Notes: generated by a model not told the origin, from the letters alone. Numbered from the stretch's first letter, positions 53,632-63,227 are shown. The stretch is DNA of 64,000 nt from Caldisphaera sp. (GCA_049971805.1 JBMFKU010000005.1:13882-77881), one strand, 5' to 3'. Translations and numbers: made by a program.

Positions 53632-53958
53632 CTATTTATCTGTCTCCTTAGCGTTTTGCTTAAATGGCCTTAAATGAACGGCATAGGTTATCAAGGTTTT
53701 TTCTTTATTACCTAAATTTACCTTTACGACATAGGCCTTTCCCCTCTTATCTACTATTGTTCCAGTTAAACCATGAAATCTCCTATGGGGCATGCCATCA
53801 TGGAAAGACGAATCAATCTTAATAGTTACCTTATCTCCTACTTGATAAGGATACAATGCCTTGCTTAATCTAGGCACCCCTCCTTTTTCTCTTACATGTT
53901 TTCTTAGCAGGTTTCTTGTCTTGCTTCTATATCCTGTCGGAGCTTTTACCATTATCAT
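53632..53958 (-). CDS. rpl21e: 50S ribosomal protein L21e
   Basis: GYRSKTR, GMPHRRFHGLTG, HLRP. Confidence 0.96.
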   Translation of the reverse strand: MIMVKAPTGYRSKTRNLLRKHVREKGGVPRLSKALYPYQVGDKVTIKIDSSFHDGMPHRRFHGLTGTIVDKRGKAYVVKVNLGNKEKTLITYAVHLRPFKQNAKETDK

Positions 53959-54242
53959 ATCACCTTATTTACCATTATAAGCCAAGCCCAATAGAGCTTA
54001 CCATTATCATGGAGCAGGCTCTCTATCGGGTAATTGCACCTTTATAATTTTGTTCTGTAAGCCTCTATATAAGTCTTTATTATTAAATTTAGCTTTTATA
54101 AAATAGTTTTATTAAAAACAAAACCCAAAAATGATAAAAGTCATGATCAAACGATTAGATTAATAAATCCAAATTGCCATAGATAGTAAATATTAGAATG
54201 CTTACTTGGTGTTTCTGTTTTGTTAGTGTTACGATCCTTTGA

Positions 54243-54544
54243 CTGATTCCATTAATGCCCTTCAGGGCGTTGGTTCCCAAGGCCTTAAGGGTTACCTATA
54301 GGAGCTACTCTGATTCCTCCCTATGTAGAAGTAAAGTTTACTTCAATTGCTAGCTCTTATTAAGTTAACCTAAGGGAGAAATCTTAACCCTCTTTCTTTT
54401 TTCTTTAATTCTGTAACAGAGTAGAGGCTTACCTCATTTATCAGTAATACATGTTCCATTTGATGGCTAGTTTTCGTTTATTTTTATCTTAAGCAAACTC
54501 TAATAACTTTACCCCGCATTAAAAGGTAAAGTTTGGCTCTTTGA
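54243..54544 (-). mobile_element. Non-autonomous IS200/IS605-derived element, family C copy 2
   Basis: Shares CTCTGATTCCTCCCTATGT, AGGGAGAAATCT, GAGTAGAGGCnTACCTCAT, TTGATGGCTAGT and CTTTACCCC with 42358-42639; hairpin GCCCTTCAGGGC near the right end. Confidence 0.8.
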
Positions 54545-54626
54545 ATCATTTGAACCAGAAGTTTATTAGTAGATAGTTTTTAGGAAATTTTTATTAAACC
54601 TAAAAAGGCTTAGTAGTTTGTATGGA

Positions 54627-54701
54627 GCCGCGGTAGTATAGTCCGGTCCAGTATGCGGGCCTCTCGAGCCCGTGACCCGGGTTCAAATCCCGGCCGCGGC
54701 A
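54627..54701 (+). tRNA. tRNA-Glu(CTC)
   Basis: GCCGCGG acceptor stem; CGGGC-CTCTCGA-GCCCG anticodon arm; GTTCAAATC. Confidence 0.96.
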
Positions 54702-55242
54702 TAAAACTATTTAATTTTTAAATGACCAGATACATAAACTATGTAAAACCTTTGTTAAGTTTGCTAACAATTGATGAATTTAAAGAATTGGTATCTGCTG
54801 AGGAAAGGCTCAAGTCTATAAGTATATTAAAGGAAATTAGATTAATAATTTAATTAATTATAAATTTTTAATTATAACTGCTATGTAAAAATAAATTATG
54901 TTTGTAAAGCACGAAAACTATTTATAAAGTAAGATAAAATTAATCATATAGATAAGCTTGATAAGACCTTTCTTTATTAATAAATAGCAATAATACAATA
55001 CTTATGAACGACCTTCTTCTACAAACTTAGCATACGTTAAAGTCAAGAAGATAGAAATAATTTTTTAAGATCATAAAGAATAACCAGAGATTTTTTAAGA
55101 TCATTATCAAATAAAAATTTAAACTTTCATTAGATCCAACAAATATCCACCAAAAAAGGTGATCTTCACTTTTAAATTGCATATATTATTTTGCCCCGCT
55201 ATCAACCTATAAAAAAGAAAAAATAAAAATTTTATTAACGAT

Positions 55243-55977
55243 TTATGATGTCGCATTATATACTGACCCTGTATATCCAGGTGCAACATCACTTATCAGT
55301 ATTGGATGTACTATCCAATATTCATTACTTAGCTGCCAATTAGTTATTGATGAATTATAGCTATAATAAAGTTCTTCTGTAACATTTAATACTAATTCAT
55401 GAGGTGTTGGATTACTTGATGTTGGGAATGGAAATACGACAAATTGAAGGGGAGCATATACCATTGCACTAGTTCCATGGACGACAACTGTTGGAGGGAC
55501 TAATGAATACCAAACTACATATTCATATAAACTGTTAAATTTACTCCACGTTGCATTGATTTGCTGTATACCGGTATAATTACCTGTTAGTGGTCCACCT
55601 ATCCAATGGAGAACTGCATTTGGAGCATATTGCTGAATAACTAATGATGCATTCTCTATTGCTATATCATTCCAGTGGCTCATAGCTAAAGAAAGAACTA
55701 CATTAGGCTGCTGATTATTATACTGAGATATAATTTGTTTATACGCTGAATTTAGAGATGTGTATGATGAATTTAGAGAGCTCAACTCTCCTGATAAAGA
55801 ATTAATTTCGTTTTTTGTTTGAGTTAAGTTTTGACTGATAGTGTTATATTTGTTTTTTAAGGAGTTATACGATGATGCTGCAGAGTTATATATATACCCC
55901 AATGATGCTGTAGCTATGAGAAAAACTATAGCCACAACAGTTACTCCTATTAATTTTCTATCCATCGTTTTCACCAA
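55243..55977 (-). CDS. Membrane-anchored coiled-coil protein with NTF2/SnoaL-like domain
   Basis: N-terminal TM, Ser/Asn heptad region, YAPNAVLHW..G...W..EYW pattern. Confidence 0.6.
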   Translation of the reverse strand: MVKTMDRKLIGVTVVAIVFLIATASLGYIYNSAASSYNSLKNKYNTISQNLTQTKNEINSLSGELSSLNSSYTSLNSAYKQIISQYNNQQPNVVLSLAMSHWNDIAIENASLVIQQYAPNAVLHWIGGPLTGNYTGIQQINATWSKFNSLYEYVVWYSLVPPTVVVHGTSAMVYAPLQFVVFPFPTSSNPTPHELVLNVTEELYYSYNSSITNWQLSNEYWIVHPILISDVAPGYTGSVYNATS

Positions 55978-56113
55978 TTAAGCTATTATCAATTTATTTT
56001 AAAATTCGTTTTCCAAAATTACATATAATTTATATATGAATTGTAAATAATTATATTATGTATAAATAATTTAAATTATTGTTAAGGTTAATAGCTCAAA
56101 ATGTAAAATATAT

Positions 56114-56724
56114 ATGGGAGAAACTATGGAATATATATGGAAACTTAATGATCATAAATTTGATAGCATTGAAAAGCATATAGCTATAATTCCTATAGGC
56201 TCTGCTGAAAGACATGGGGATCATCTACCATTAGGTACAGATGCAGTAGAAGCTCAATTTGTAGCAGAAGAAGTAGCAAAAAAAGTAAATGGTCATTTAT
56301 TTCCGACTATATGGTTGGTTCTTCAATATATTTATTCAAATTTCCAGGAACTATTAATATAGAAAGCAATGCATTTAGATTATATGTTTATAACTTATTG
56401 AAAGAAATCCAAGAAATGAATACAATTTAATAGTAATTATAAATGGTCATGGCGGAAATACAAGTCTATTAAATATAGCTGCAAAAGATGCTGCTTACGA
56501 AATGAATGCAACTTACATAATAATTGATTGATGGAAAGATGCAGGAAAGGAAACAAGACAAAAATTATTTACACAACCAGAGCATGCAGGAGATGATGAA
56601 ATAAGCGCAATGTTATATTTGGAAAAAGATGTAGAGATTGATAAAGTAAAGGATTACATACCAAAATGGTTGCTTAAAGTATCTATTCAATCTCCAATTA
56701 TTGAAAATTATTTATATCCAGAGG
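56114..56724 (+). pseudogene. Creatininase/creatinine amidohydrolase family pseudogene
   Basis: PIGSAERHGDHLPLGTD, then NGHGGN and HAGDDE in other frames; stops and frameshifts; truncated by the family B element. Confidence 0.8.
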
Positions 56725-56900
56725 GGTTGGACTTTCATAGGGCTTCATGGTATTTTATATCAACCCTTATCCTCATACCCCTATTCCTCTCCCCCATGCC
56801 GTCTATGGGGCTGACTCCCCTCGATGACATAGGGAGTTTCATTGAACCCATCTCCACCTCACATTGCTCATCGGCTTCATAGTAGGGTTTTTCCTCTACA
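56723..56900 (-). mobile_element. TnpB 3'-end / omega-RNA-like remnant, family B
   Basis: GC-rich island; spurious ORF ...EADEQCEVEMG..SRGVSPIDGMG..VDIKYHEAL resembles Sulfolobales TnpB tails as I recall them; ends GTCCAACCCC; TTATAA at 56922-56927. Confidence 0.6.
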
Positions 56901-56961
56901 TGATAAAGTATACGGCAAAGATTATAAGTAATGTTGCTAAGAAAGGTATGGGTCAATAAAT

Positions 56962-57077
56962 GTCTTCAAATGATATGAGCTTCATGAGTTATCGGAAACT
57001 GCCTGCAACGGCAATCCCTATATTTTAATAGGGTAGGCTAACCCTTAGGGTTAAGACCTCATCACCCACTTCATCGC
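56962..57077 (-). ncRNA. Candidate structured ncRNA (K-turn motifs plus three hairpins)
   Basis: Hairpins TTAACCCT/AGGGTTAG, CCCTAT/ATAGGG, ATTGCC/GGCAGT; GATGA and TGA boxes; BRE-TATA AAAGACTTATAA about 25 nt upstream. Confidence 0.55.
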
Positions 57078-57282
57078 TATTCTTAATAGCTTTTTAATCC
57101 TTATAAGTCTTTTTATTATTAAAGATCAATATTTCCTGCTTGTAATATGATAAAAATATCAAAAGGTAGATATTCTTATTAGATATTCTGAAGAAATGGC
57201 TGGTTATAAATTTGTTTAATTATAAATGTAATCAAGTTATTAGAGGAACTCTTAAACACTTATTTCTTTATAAAAAGATTGA

Positions 57283-58050
57283 TCAAAGCTTAGAATTTTT
57301 TATTACAAGCCCTGGCATAGATTTTGATTCATTTTCGAATTCCTTCCTTTCCCAAGGAAACACAACCCATTTATCGACCTCTTCTGCATAATAATCCGGT
57401 ATAAGTTTAGTCCATGGTTTCATATATAGAGTTGCTGTTTTGATTTCTAATGGCATATATAAAGAAATTGCTTGAATAGCAAACTCTAAAGTTAGACCAG
57501 AGTCGCTTACATCATCAACCAACAAAACTCTTTTATCTTTAATTGGCAAAGTAAGTGGTTGCCTCATAAAGGGTCTTTCTCCTTTCTGCCCTGCAGCTAT
57601 GTATAATTTTATTTCTAATATACCGATATCATCTATTTCTAACTTATCTGCCAAGAGCCTACCTGGAATGACACCCCCCCTTAATACAGATATTATTATA
57701 TCCGGTTTATACTCAGAATTCTTAATTTTTTCTGAAACAATATCAACACTTTTTTCAATATCGTCCCAACTTAATATTAAAACTTCTATTCCTCCATGAT
57801 TAACTGGTAATATATAAATTTCCTTTGCTTCTTCATTATCATTTTTAAGCCTATAATCTATACCATCAACAAACATAATGAAACCCGGCTTTGGTTCCCC
57901 ATTACTATCTATAACACCGGAAAGCTTTGGATATTTGTTTAAGAGTTTAATTAAGGCTTCTTTCCAATTTAATGCATCTATTTCTACAACTTCATTATTA
58001 TTGGCACTTTCTTTTAATGCCGCTAAAAGTTTTATTTTAACGTTTGACAA
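57283..58050 (-). CDS. Fusion of Urm1/SAMP ubiquitin-like domain (aa 1-87, ends HGG) and purine phosphoribosyltransferase
   Basis: Beta-grasp pattern ending ILPVNHGG continues without a stop into SWDDI, LRGG, VLLVDDVSDSGLT, WVVFPWE. Confidence 0.88.
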   Translation of the reverse strand: MSNVKIKLLAALKESANNNEVVEIDALNWKEALIKLLNKYPKLSGVIDSNGEPKPGFIMFVDGIDYRLKNDNEEAKEIYILPVNHGGIEVLILSWDDIEKSVDIVSEKIKNSEYKPDIIISVLRGGVIPGRLLADKLEIDDIGILEIKLYIAAGQKGERPFMRQPLTLPIKDKRVLLVDDVSDSGLTLEFAIQAISLYMPLEIKTATLYMKPWTKLIPDYYAEEVDKWVVFPWERKEFENESKSMPGLVIKNSKL

Positions 58051-58071
58051 AGTTATCTCCCAGCTTTATTG

Positions 58072-58302
58072 CTACTGGGCGCTGCTTGTATTTTCTTCAA
58101 TTATTTTTTGCTTCTTTCTATTAAGTTTTACTAAATTTGTAACATAACCTGCTACCTGATTTCTTAATCTTTTCGATTTATAAGATGTTATTTTCCCAAC
58201 TATTTCTTTATTTAATTTAAAGTCTTCTGTAAACAGATCTGCATGATTTTTAACTAATTCTCTTGCCAATCTTTTTATCATTAAAGTCCTTACCTTGCCC
58301 AA
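58072..58302 (-). CDS. rps17e: 30S ribosomal protein S17e
   Basis: GKVRT..IKR, FTEDF..NK, SKRLRNQVAGYVT; TTG start. Confidence 0.95.
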   Translation of the reverse strand: MGKVRTLMIKRLARELVKNHADLFTEDFKLNKEIVGKITSYKSKRLRNQVAGYVTNLVKLNRKKQKIIEENTSSAQ

Positions 58303-58377
58303 ACCTTTCACCTGATTCTAAATTGTTTTTACAGAGAATTTAAAGCTAATATTTTTAATATCTTTAAAATAAAAATA

Positions 58378-59805
58378 CTAGCTTATTACATAATCCGATT
58401 TATCCCCTTTATCTATAACTTTTATACCTAGAGAAGAGAGCCTCGACCTTATTTGGTCTGACAAATCGTACATTTTTTTCTCCCTTAGCTGTTTTCTAAC
58501 CTCTAATAGAAGATCGATAAGCTCCGGAGTATAGTTTTTCTGTATAGTAAGAAATTCTTTTTCCAATGTCTTGTCTAACACGCCATAAACTTTATTTATG
58601 TTATTTAATATGCTATAGACATATGAAATCAAAGCAAATGATTCGTTATCTTGTATGTATTTATAATACAAATCAGTTAAATCCCATACATACCTTATTG
58701 CTTCGCTCATATTAAAATCGTCATCCATGGAATTGTACCAATTTTTCATTAAATTCCTAAGCTGATTTAAAATATCTAAATCATTATCTTTTAAATAATA
58801 AATAAACTCCTCTTTCCTTAATCTTTTGGTTACATCCTGGGAAATAAAGCTTAACCTATCATAAAGCTTTTTAGCCTGATTTAAACTTTGCTCTGAATAT
58901 TCTATAACAGCCCTATAATGAGAGCTTAATAGCCATAATCTCAGTATCTCTGTCCCCCATTTAGAAATGGCCTCATTTAATGATATTATATTTCCTAAAC
59001 TTTTGCTCATCTTTTCTCCTTTAATTGTTAACATGCTTGTGTGTAACCAATACTTTACCCAAGGAGTTTCGTTAAAAAACGCCTCACTTTGTGCAATCTC
59101 ATTTTCATGGTGGGGAAATATTAAGTCCGAACCACCTCCATGTATATCAATGTGTTTTCCAAGATATCTTGAACTCATTACGCTGCATTCAATATGCCAA
59201 CCTGGCCTGCCTTTTCCCCATGGACTTTCCCAAAAAGGTTCGTTTGGCTTTGCAGACTTCCATAGAGCAAAATCATATGGATTCTTTTTTTCTGAAACTA
59301 TTTCTTCTCCTTGATTCCAAAGATTTTTATTGAAATTTCCGCTAAGCCTGCCATAATTTGGATATTTATCAACATTAAAGTAAACACTCCCATTTTTTGT
59401 CATGTATGCAAAGCCTTTATCTATAAGACCCTGGATAAAATTTATTATTTCATTAATATGTTGTGTAACCCTTGGATGTAAATCAATTCTTATATTAAGC
59501 CTGTTCAAATTTTCTAGATAATCCTTGGTATAAGAATCTGCTATCTTATCCCATGATGTCCTTAATTCATTAGCCTTATTTATTATCTTATCATCTATAT
59601 CAGTTATATTTTGCACATATGTTACGTTATAGCCCTTTAACGAAAGATATCTCCTTATGGAATCAAATACAACAAAGGTTCTTGCATGGCCTATATGAGT
59701 ATAGTCATAAACTGTAGGACCACAGACATACATACTTACAATTTGCTCATCCCATGGAATGAAGTTTTCATATCTTTTACCATAGCTATTTTGTATTCGC
59801 AACAC
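58378..59805 (-). CDS. cysS: Cysteinyl-tRNA synthetase
   Basis: CGPTVY, HIGH, PGWHIECS, KMSKS. Confidence 0.98.
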   Translation of the reverse strand: MLRIQNSYGKRYENFIPWDEQIVSMYVCGPTVYDYTHIGHARTFVVFDSIRRYLSLKGYNVTYVQNITDIDDKIINKANELRTSWDKIADSYTKDYLENLNRLNIRIDLHPRVTQHINEIINFIQGLIDKGFAYMTKNGSVYFNVDKYPNYGRLSGNFNKNLWNQGEEIVSEKKNPYDFALWKSAKPNEPFWESPWGKGRPGWHIECSVMSSRYLGKHIDIHGGGSDLIFPHHENEIAQSEAFFNETPWVKYWLHTSMLTIKGEKMSKSLGNIISLNEAISKWGTEILRLWLLSSHYRAVIEYSEQSLNQAKKLYDRLSFISQDVTKRLRKEEFIYYLKDNDLDILNQLRNLMKNWYNSMDDDFNMSEAIRYVWDLTDLYYKYIQDNESFALISYVYSILNNINKVYGVLDKTLEKEFLTIQKNYTPELIDLLLEVRKQLREKKMYDLSDQIRSRLSSLGIKVIDKGDKSDYVIS

Positions 59806-59920
59806 AATAGAGCTTCACCACTTTTTTGTTCACAATACATAATTAAAAGTTTATTTGTATTATAATTGTTAACTCCCCAGTTAACAATGTGTGTTTTTAT
59901 TTCTTTATAGTTACTATTTA

Positions 59921-59995
59921 TATTGCCCGATGAGATATGGCGACGTCTCTGAGCCATGATGAAAAGGACACAACGAGGGTAATAATAAATCGGGC
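59921..59995 (+). ncRNA. C/D-like (K-turn) sRNA candidate
   Basis: CGATGA...CTGA, ATGATGA...ACGA; terminal stem TATTGCCC/GGGTAATA. Confidence 0.5.
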
Positions 59996-60081
59996 TTTGC
60001 TCTTTGAGAAAGGTGTAAAGGGTTAACCTTTACATAATAGAAAAGCTATTATATTGTTTTGTTTTAACTTTTTAAATGAGT

Positions 60082-60265
60082 ATAACTCCTCATATCGATG
60101 TGAGCTCTGCTCAAAAGAGTGGGATGAAAAGCTAGAGATGTGACCTTAGTCCATTAACTCGAAGAATTCTCATGACTACCAATCTTAAAGGTGTGTGGCT
60201 GATTAGGGCTAGGTTCCTATGTGATTATAAATAATAAAATTATCGGAACAAACATAGAGACAGTT
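60082..60265 (+). mobile_element. TnpB 3'-end / omega-RNA-like remnant, family A copy 2 (diverged)
   Basis: Colinear with the reverse complement of 293-484 (CGATGT..GCnCAAAAGnGTGGG..AAAAGC..GAGATGTGA..CTCGAAG..CATGA..AGGGCTA..CCTATGT); AAAAGCTATTATA at 60041-60053. Confidence 0.65.
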
Positions 60266-60403
60266 AGTAAGAAGATATCTTAATTATTAAAGGAAGTTTT
60301 ATATTATAATACCTAAGGATTAAAATATTTACTTGAAAATAAAGATCACTGAGCTAAACTGGTTAAAAAAGGGAAGTATATAATAACAATCTGGTGAAGA
60401 TAT

Positions 60404-61573
60404 TTGTCACTTAGTGATACAAATAAAAAAGTTAACTCAAATGAAAACAACGAAGACGACATCTCTTTCTTAAAAGAGAGGATAAGATATCTTACACAGA
60501 CAAAAATATCATTGGAGCGGGAACTTGAATATTATAAACAAGAGATGGAAAAATTATTAGATACACCATATATTGAGGCCATGTTATTGGAAGTATTAAA
60601 TGATAACAGGGCCATAGTAAAGAGTTCAACAGGACCAAACCTTGTTGTAAAAATAAGCTCAAATATAGATATAACAAAGTTAAAACCCGGGATTTCTGTT
60701 GGTCTAAATAACAAGGGATCAGCAATTGTTGAAGTACTACCAAATATTTATGATCCTTTTGTAGAAGCAATGGAAATTGAAGAAAGGCCTAGCTTCTCAT
60801 TTAAACAAGTAGGAGGACTTGAAAACCAGATAAGAGAAATATATGAAGTCGTAGGTCTGCCAATAATAAAACCAGAACTATTTAAAGAAATAGGGGTTGA
60901 TCCGCCAAAAGGTGTTTTGTTATATGGACCTCCAGGGACCGGTAAGACCTTATTGGCAAGATCTTTAGCAGGTGAGGTAAAAGCTTCATTTATCAGGGTT
61001 GTTGCCAGCCAATTTGTAAATAAATTTATTGGAGAAGGAGCCCGTATTGTTAGAGAAGTCTTTAGGTTAGCTAGAGAAAGAAAGCCATCAATTATATTTA
61101 TTGATGAAATAGATGCTATAGGCGCAAGAAGAATTGATATGGGAACAAGTGGAGATAGAGAAGTACAAAGAACATTACTTCAGCTTTTATCAGAAATAGA
61201 TGGCTTTGATCCTTTAGACAGTGTAAAAGTTATAGCGGCAACAAATAGAGTTGATCTATTAGATCCCGCCCTTCTCAGACCTGGAAGATTTGATAGAATA
61301 ATTGAGGTTCCATTACCAGATAAAAAAGGTAGGATAGAAATACTGAAAATACATATTAATGGGATGAAGCTAAAAGAAGTAGATATAGATTTTATTGCCC
61401 AAATTACAGAAGGTTTTTCAGGTGCTGAACTAAAGGCTGCAACAACAGAGGCTGGATTTTTTGCAATTAGGGAGGGATCAAAATTTGTTACTCAGGATCA
61501 TTTTATAAAAGCAATAGATAAGGTAAAGAAAAGGCTAGAAGAAAAGAAGCAAATCCTAGGAATTCATATTTAA
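60404..61573 (+). CDS. pan: Proteasome-activating nucleotidase
   Basis: Coiled coil plus OB (KSSTGP), [23 protein letters not shown]. Confidence 0.95.
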   Translation: MSLSDTNKKVNSNENNEDDISFLKERIRYLTQTKISLERELEYYKQEMEKLLDTPYIEAMLLEVLNDNRAIVKSSTGPNLVVKISSNIDITKLKPGISVGLNNKGSAIVEVLPNIYDPFVEAMEIEERPSFSFKQVGGLENQIREIYEVVGLPIIKPELFKEIGVDPPKGVLLYGPPGTGKTLLARSLAGEVKASFIRVVASQFVNKFIGEGARIVREVFRLARERKPSIIFIDEIDAIGARRIDMGTSGDREVQRTLLQLLSEIDGFDPLDSVKVIAATNRVDLLDPALLRPGRFDRIIEVPLPDKKGRIEILKIHINGMKLKEVDIDFIAQITEGFSGAELKAATTEAGFFAIREGSKFVTQDHFIKAIDKVKKRLEEKKQILGIHI

Positions 61574-61783
61574 ATATAGCAAATCTTCTTTTCTATTTTC
61601 TTTGCCATAATAAATACTACTATACTGACTAAAAATTTCCATTTTTTATTTTGAGCAGTAAAAAATAACTTAAAACAATAATACTAAATCCATTATACAA
61701 ACAGTAATATTATTATAGGTATTTTTATCTCATAAGAAAATATTAGATTAACCATAATATTTTGTAAGAAGTAGTTGTAATTA

Positions 61784-62512
61784 TTACTGACAGTTTTTCA
61801 TTGAGTCTTTAAGTGATCTTGTTAAACCAATTCTTATACCCAATTTAGGATCTGTATATATGTATAAGATCCCCTTGCTTTGCAAATTCCTTAGCCTCTT
61901 TAATAACCATTGATAATCAGCATTAAGCTTCTCCATTAGTTGATCTAAATAGACATATGTAACGCCATATTTCGCATAGTGAGTCAAAATGAATGAGGTT
62001 ATTTCCATTTCTTCTTCATCTATAGTATCTTTTAGTTGTTGTAATACACAGGCAACTTGAGAAACCCTGTTTTGTCGTTTATTGTCTGCTGTATTGTTTT
62101 TTTTAACAATAAACGACAAAGATTCCTTCGATTCCCCTCTTTTTCTCATATTGTTTTTGTCGTTTATTGTCGGCTTAACCAATTCACCAGCTATTTTTTG
62201 AGCTAAGGCAACAAACTCATTAAATTTTTCATCAGAAGTCTTCGATATTATTTCTCTAGCAAAATCCTCTCCTTTGGGAGTTAAATACCATAAACCAGTT
62301 TCATACTCTACAAAACCCCTTTCTTTCCAATAAGACAAATAACTAGAAACATATTTCGTTTCCTTACCTAAATATTGAGATATTTCATTTGATCTCATAG
62401 GCCTTGATATAAGTAAAATAAGTATTGCATCAACTATCTTACTTCTAGGCCCTCCCTTTTCACCATTTTTTACCTGATTAATCAATTCATTAAATTTATC
62501 AGAACCTTCCAA
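61784..62512 (-). CDS. whiP: Winged-helix replication initiator WhiP
   Basis: Two wHTH domains; RSKIVDAILILL..RP, KYVSSYLSYWK..G, WYLTPKGE match the WhiP N-terminal pattern as I recall it. Confidence 0.8.
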   Translation of the reverse strand: MEGSDKFNELINQVKNGEKGGPRSKIVDAILILLISRPMRSNEISQYLGKETKYVSSYLSYWKERGFVEYETGLWYLTPKGEDFAREIISKTSDEKFNEFVALAQKIAGELVKPTINDKNNMRKRGESKESLSFIVKKNNTADNKRQNRVSQVACVLQQLKDTIDEEEMEITSFILTHYAKYGVTYVYLDQLMEKLNADYQWLLKRLRNLQSKGILYIYTDPKLGIRIGLTRSLKDSMKNCQ

Positions 62513-62576
62513 TTCTGCCCCTATTTTTGTATTTTCTTGTAATAAATTTCTTCAGTAAACCTTAGTGTTACCGAGT

Positions 62577-63227
62577 CTATCTATGGTTTTTAGCACAACA
62601 ATCATTAACCATGAATATGAAAAAAGAATAAATACTTTGTAGGCAATACTTTGGAGTTATTATGATAACCCCCCGGTTAACATTGGCAGTGTATTGCTTT
62701 GAGCAATTAATTAATTCATCTTGTAGTTCATCAGGTAAACCTGGAAAGCCTATTAAATTATTATCAATAAATCCTACAACAACTAACTTGCAATTATTTG
62801 CAATTATTTCATCCCTTATTCCATGTATAGATGTTAAGTCTTTTGGAGGATCCATGTGCAGTATTAATATTAAACAATTCTCCAGATTTTCGATTTTCAA
62901 TTTTGATTCAAATAGATTAAGTTTAGATTCAATTTGATTTAATACAAAATTTCCTTTATCAGTTAATATATTATATCTACCTATTTGTGTTATCAAGCCT
63001 TGATATTTTAATCTTTTAAACAAAGTTTTTATAGAGGCTTCCCCTAAATTAAAATATTGAGATAAATAAGGCCTGCCAACGTGTTTATTTTTTAAAATTT
63101 TTAGTGTTTCTATTACATGATAGGCATTAAATGCTGGAGATCCGCCTTTTTCAGGTTTTATTAAATTTATTATTTGGCCTACAGCCTCGCAATCCTGTTG
63201 CTGGCAATACATTCCATGCACCTTCAT
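62577..63227 (-). CDS. wHTH protein (DUF4443/DUF2111-like)
   Basis: GGSPAF, VGRPYL..LGEASIKTL..RL, LTDKG; start uncertain. Confidence 0.7.
   Translation of the reverse strand: MKVHGMYCQQQDCEAVGQIINLIKPEKGGSPAFNAYHVIETLKILKNKHVGRPYLSQYFNLGEASIKTLFKRLKYQGLITQIGRYNILTDKGNFVLNQIESKLNLFESKLKIENLENCLILILHMDPPKDLTSIHGIRDEIIANNCKLVVVGFIDNNLIGFPGLPDELQDELINCSKQYTANVNRGVIIITPKYCLQSIYSFFIFMVNDCCAKNHR

Noticed and set aside
56735-56956. 73-aa ORF as a real protein
   Set aside because: TnpB-tail remnant; its start lies upstream of the apparent TATA box
57030-57066. Hammerhead ribozyme (UGAUGA followed by a hairpin)
   Set aside because: Core is GUGAUGA, not CUGAUGA, and no GAAA follows stem II
54627-57280. 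Integrated virus or plasmid at tRNA-Glu
   Set aside because: No integrase and no duplicated tRNA 3' end in the window
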